Part shown: in pieces, positions 60,502 to 64,000 of the stretch
Numbering within the stretch: the first letter of the stretch is position 1
How the letters are laid out: each line of letters opens with the position of its first letter
Assembly: GCF_009914755.1 (NCBI RefSeq)
Contig: NC_060928.1
Strand: one strand, 5' to 3'
Length of the DNA stretch: 64,000 bases
Source: the human T2T-CHM13v2.0 reference genome, Homo sapiens
Program-made: the position numbers and the translations under genes
The notes under the pieces: generated by a model
Databases searched by the model: none
What the model was told of the DNA's origin: nothing
Seen by the model: the letters and a program-made list of their open reading frames with translations, nothing else

Positions 60502-60990
60502 TTACAAAAGTGTTTCTATAGAAGTGGACATGATGGGAGGGAAGGTTCCAAGATGGCCGAATAGGAACAGCTCCAGTCTACAGCTCCCAGTGTGAATGAC
60601 ACAGAAGACGGGTGATTTCTGCATTTCCAACTGAGGTACCAGGTTCATCTCACTGGGGCTTGTCAGACAGTGGGTGCAGGACAGTGGGTGCAGCCCACTG
60701 AGCATGAGCCAAAGCAGGGTGAGGCATTGCCTCACTCGGGAAGCACAAGGGATCAGGGAATTCCCTTTCCTAGCCAACGGAAGCTGAGACAGATAGCACC
60801 TGGAAAATTGGGTCACTCCCACCCTAATATTGCACTTTTCCAAGGGTCTTAGCAAACAGCACACCAGAAGATTATATCCCGTGCCTGGCTCGGAAGGTCC
60901 CACGCCCACGGAGCCTCGCTCATTGCTAGCACAGCAGTCTGAGATTGAACTGCAAGGAGGCAGCGAGGCTGGGGGAGGGGTGCCTGCCAT
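60502..60990 (-). CDS. L1 antisense ORF0, open and C-terminally extended (162 aa); expression unknown
   Basis: GCAATGG start; MAGTPPPASLPPCSSISDCCASNERGSVGVGPSEP... matches the primate L1 ORF0 N-terminus. Confidence 0.5.
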   Translation of the reverse strand: MAGTPPPASLPPCSSISDCCASNERGSVGVGPSEPGTGYNLLVCCLLRPLEKCNIRVGVTQFSRCYLSQLPLARKGNSLIPCASRVRQCLTLLWLMLSGLHPLSCTHCLTSPSEMNLVPQLEMQKSPVFCVIHTGSCRLELFLFGHLGTFPPIMSTSIETLL

Positions 60991-61555
60991 TGCTGAGGCT
61001 TGAGTAGGTAAACAAAGCGGCTGGGAAGCTCGAACTGGGTGGAGCTCAAGGAGGCCTTTCTGCCTCTGTAGACTCCACCTCTGGGGGCAGGGCATAGCTG
61101 AACAAAAGGCAGCAGAAACTTCTGCAGACTTAAATGTCCCTGTCTGACAGCTTTGAAGAGAGTAGTGGTTCTCCCAGCATGGAGTCTGAGATCTGAGAAT
61201 GGACAGACTGCCTCCTCAAGTGGGTCCCTGACCCCCAAGTAGCCTAACTGGGAGGCACCTCCCAGTAGGGGCCAACTGACACCTCACACGGCTGGGTGCC
61301 CCTCTGAGAAAAAGCTTCCGGAGGAATGATCAGGCAGCAACCTTTGCTGTTCTGCAATATTTGCTGTTCTGCAGCCTCCGCTGGTGATACCCAGGCAAAC
61401 AGGGTCTGGAGTGGACCTCCAGCAAACTCCAACAGACCTGCAGCTGAGGGTCCTCACTGTTAGGAGGAAAACTAACAAACAGAAAGGGCATCCACACCGA
61501 AACCCCATCTGTCCATCACCATCATCAAAGACCAAAAGTAGATAAAACCGCAAAG

Positions 61556-62570
61556 ATGGGGAGAAACCAGAGCAGAAAAGCTGAAAATACTAAAAATCAG
61601 AGTGCCTCTTCTCCTCCAAAGGAACACAGCTCCTCACCAGCAACAGAACAAAACTGGATGGAGAATGACTTTGATGAGTTGACAGAAGAAGGCTTCAGAT
61701 GATCAAACTTCTCCGAGCTAAAGGAGGATGTTCAAACCCATCGCAAAGAAGCTAAAACCTTGAAAAAAGATTAGACGAATGGCTAACTAGAAAAACCAGC
61801 ATAGAGAAGTCCTTAAATGACCTGATGGAGCTGAAAACCATGGCACGAGAACTTCATGATGCATGCGCAAGCTTCAGTAGCCGATTCAATCAACTGGAAG
61901 AAAGGGTATCAATGATTGAATATCAAATGAATGAAATGAAGTGAGAAGAGAAGTTTAGAGAAAAAAGAGTAAAAAGAAATGAACAAAGCTTCCAAGAAAT
62001 ATGACACTATGTGAAAAGACCAAATCTATGTCTGACTGGTGTACCTGAAAGTGACGGGGAGAATGGAACCAAGTTGGAAAACACTCTTCAGGATATTATC
62101 CAGGAGAACTTCCCCAACCTAGCAAGGCAGGCCAACATTCAAATTCAGGAAATACAGAGAATGCCACAAAGATACTCCTTGAGAAGAGCAACTCCAAGAC
62201 ACACAATTGTCAGATTCACCAAGGTTGAAATGAAGGAAAAAATGTTAAGGGCAGCCAGAGAGAAAGGTTGGGTTACCCACAAAGGGAAGCCCATCAGACT
62301 ATCAGCAGATCTCTCGGCAGAAACTCTACAAGCCAGAAGAGAGTGGGGCCAATATTCAACATTCTTAAAGAAAAGAATTTTCAACCCAGAATTTCATATC
62401 CAGCCAAACTAAGCTTCATAAGTGAAGGAGAAATAAAATCCTTTACAGACAAGCAAATGCTGAGAGATTTTGTCACCACCAGGCCTGCCTTAGAAGAGTT
62501 CCTGAAGGAAGCACTAAACATGGAAAGGAACAACTGGTACTAGCCACTGCAAAAACATGCCTAATTGTAA
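61556..62570 (+). pseudogene. L1 ORF1 (disrupted)
   Basis: MGRNQSRKAEN... start; premature stops (e.g. TGA at 61700) and frameshifts; ORF-track fragments match ORF1p. Confidence 0.9.
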
Positions 62571-62633
62571 AGCCCATCAACACTATGAAGAAACTGCATC
62601 AACTAATGAGCAAAATAACCAGCTAACATCATA

Positions 62634-64000
<1,367 letters not shown>

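Overview
Great-ape (human-like) genomic DNA containing the 5' part of HOPX on the minus strand plus ~35 kb of upstream sequence. The species call rests on the Alu, L1PA and SVA content and on a HOPX exon matching the human protein as I recall it. HOPX parts present: the main homeodomain exon (CDS 3711-3854, in a CpG island/proximal promoter), the alternative exon encoding the N-terminal extension MLIFLGCYRRRLEE (5622-5746) and a distal TATA-like promoter/first exon near 29.1 kb. The last coding exon lies beyond position 1. The rest is mainly interspersed repeats: ~25 Alus, MIR/L2, MaLR and ERV1 solo LTRs (MER41, MER51, MER52), a full-length SVA with an 18-bp TSD, an RPL17 processed pseudogene, and the 5' 3.5 kb of a 5'-intact L1PA5/6-like element. 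Most notable: (1) a ~0.7-1 kb inverted duplication inside HOPX intron 1 with a 153-bp near-perfect core; (2) the HOPX N-terminal extension exon looks like an exonised MIR3 and carries a uORF; (3) an intact, extended L1 ORF0 points toward HOPX and has GT donors in phase with the HOPX exon; (4) a MER41 LTR with altered GAS sites. Repeat subfamily names come from recalled consensus sequences, not from a search, and old-repeat boundaries are approximate.
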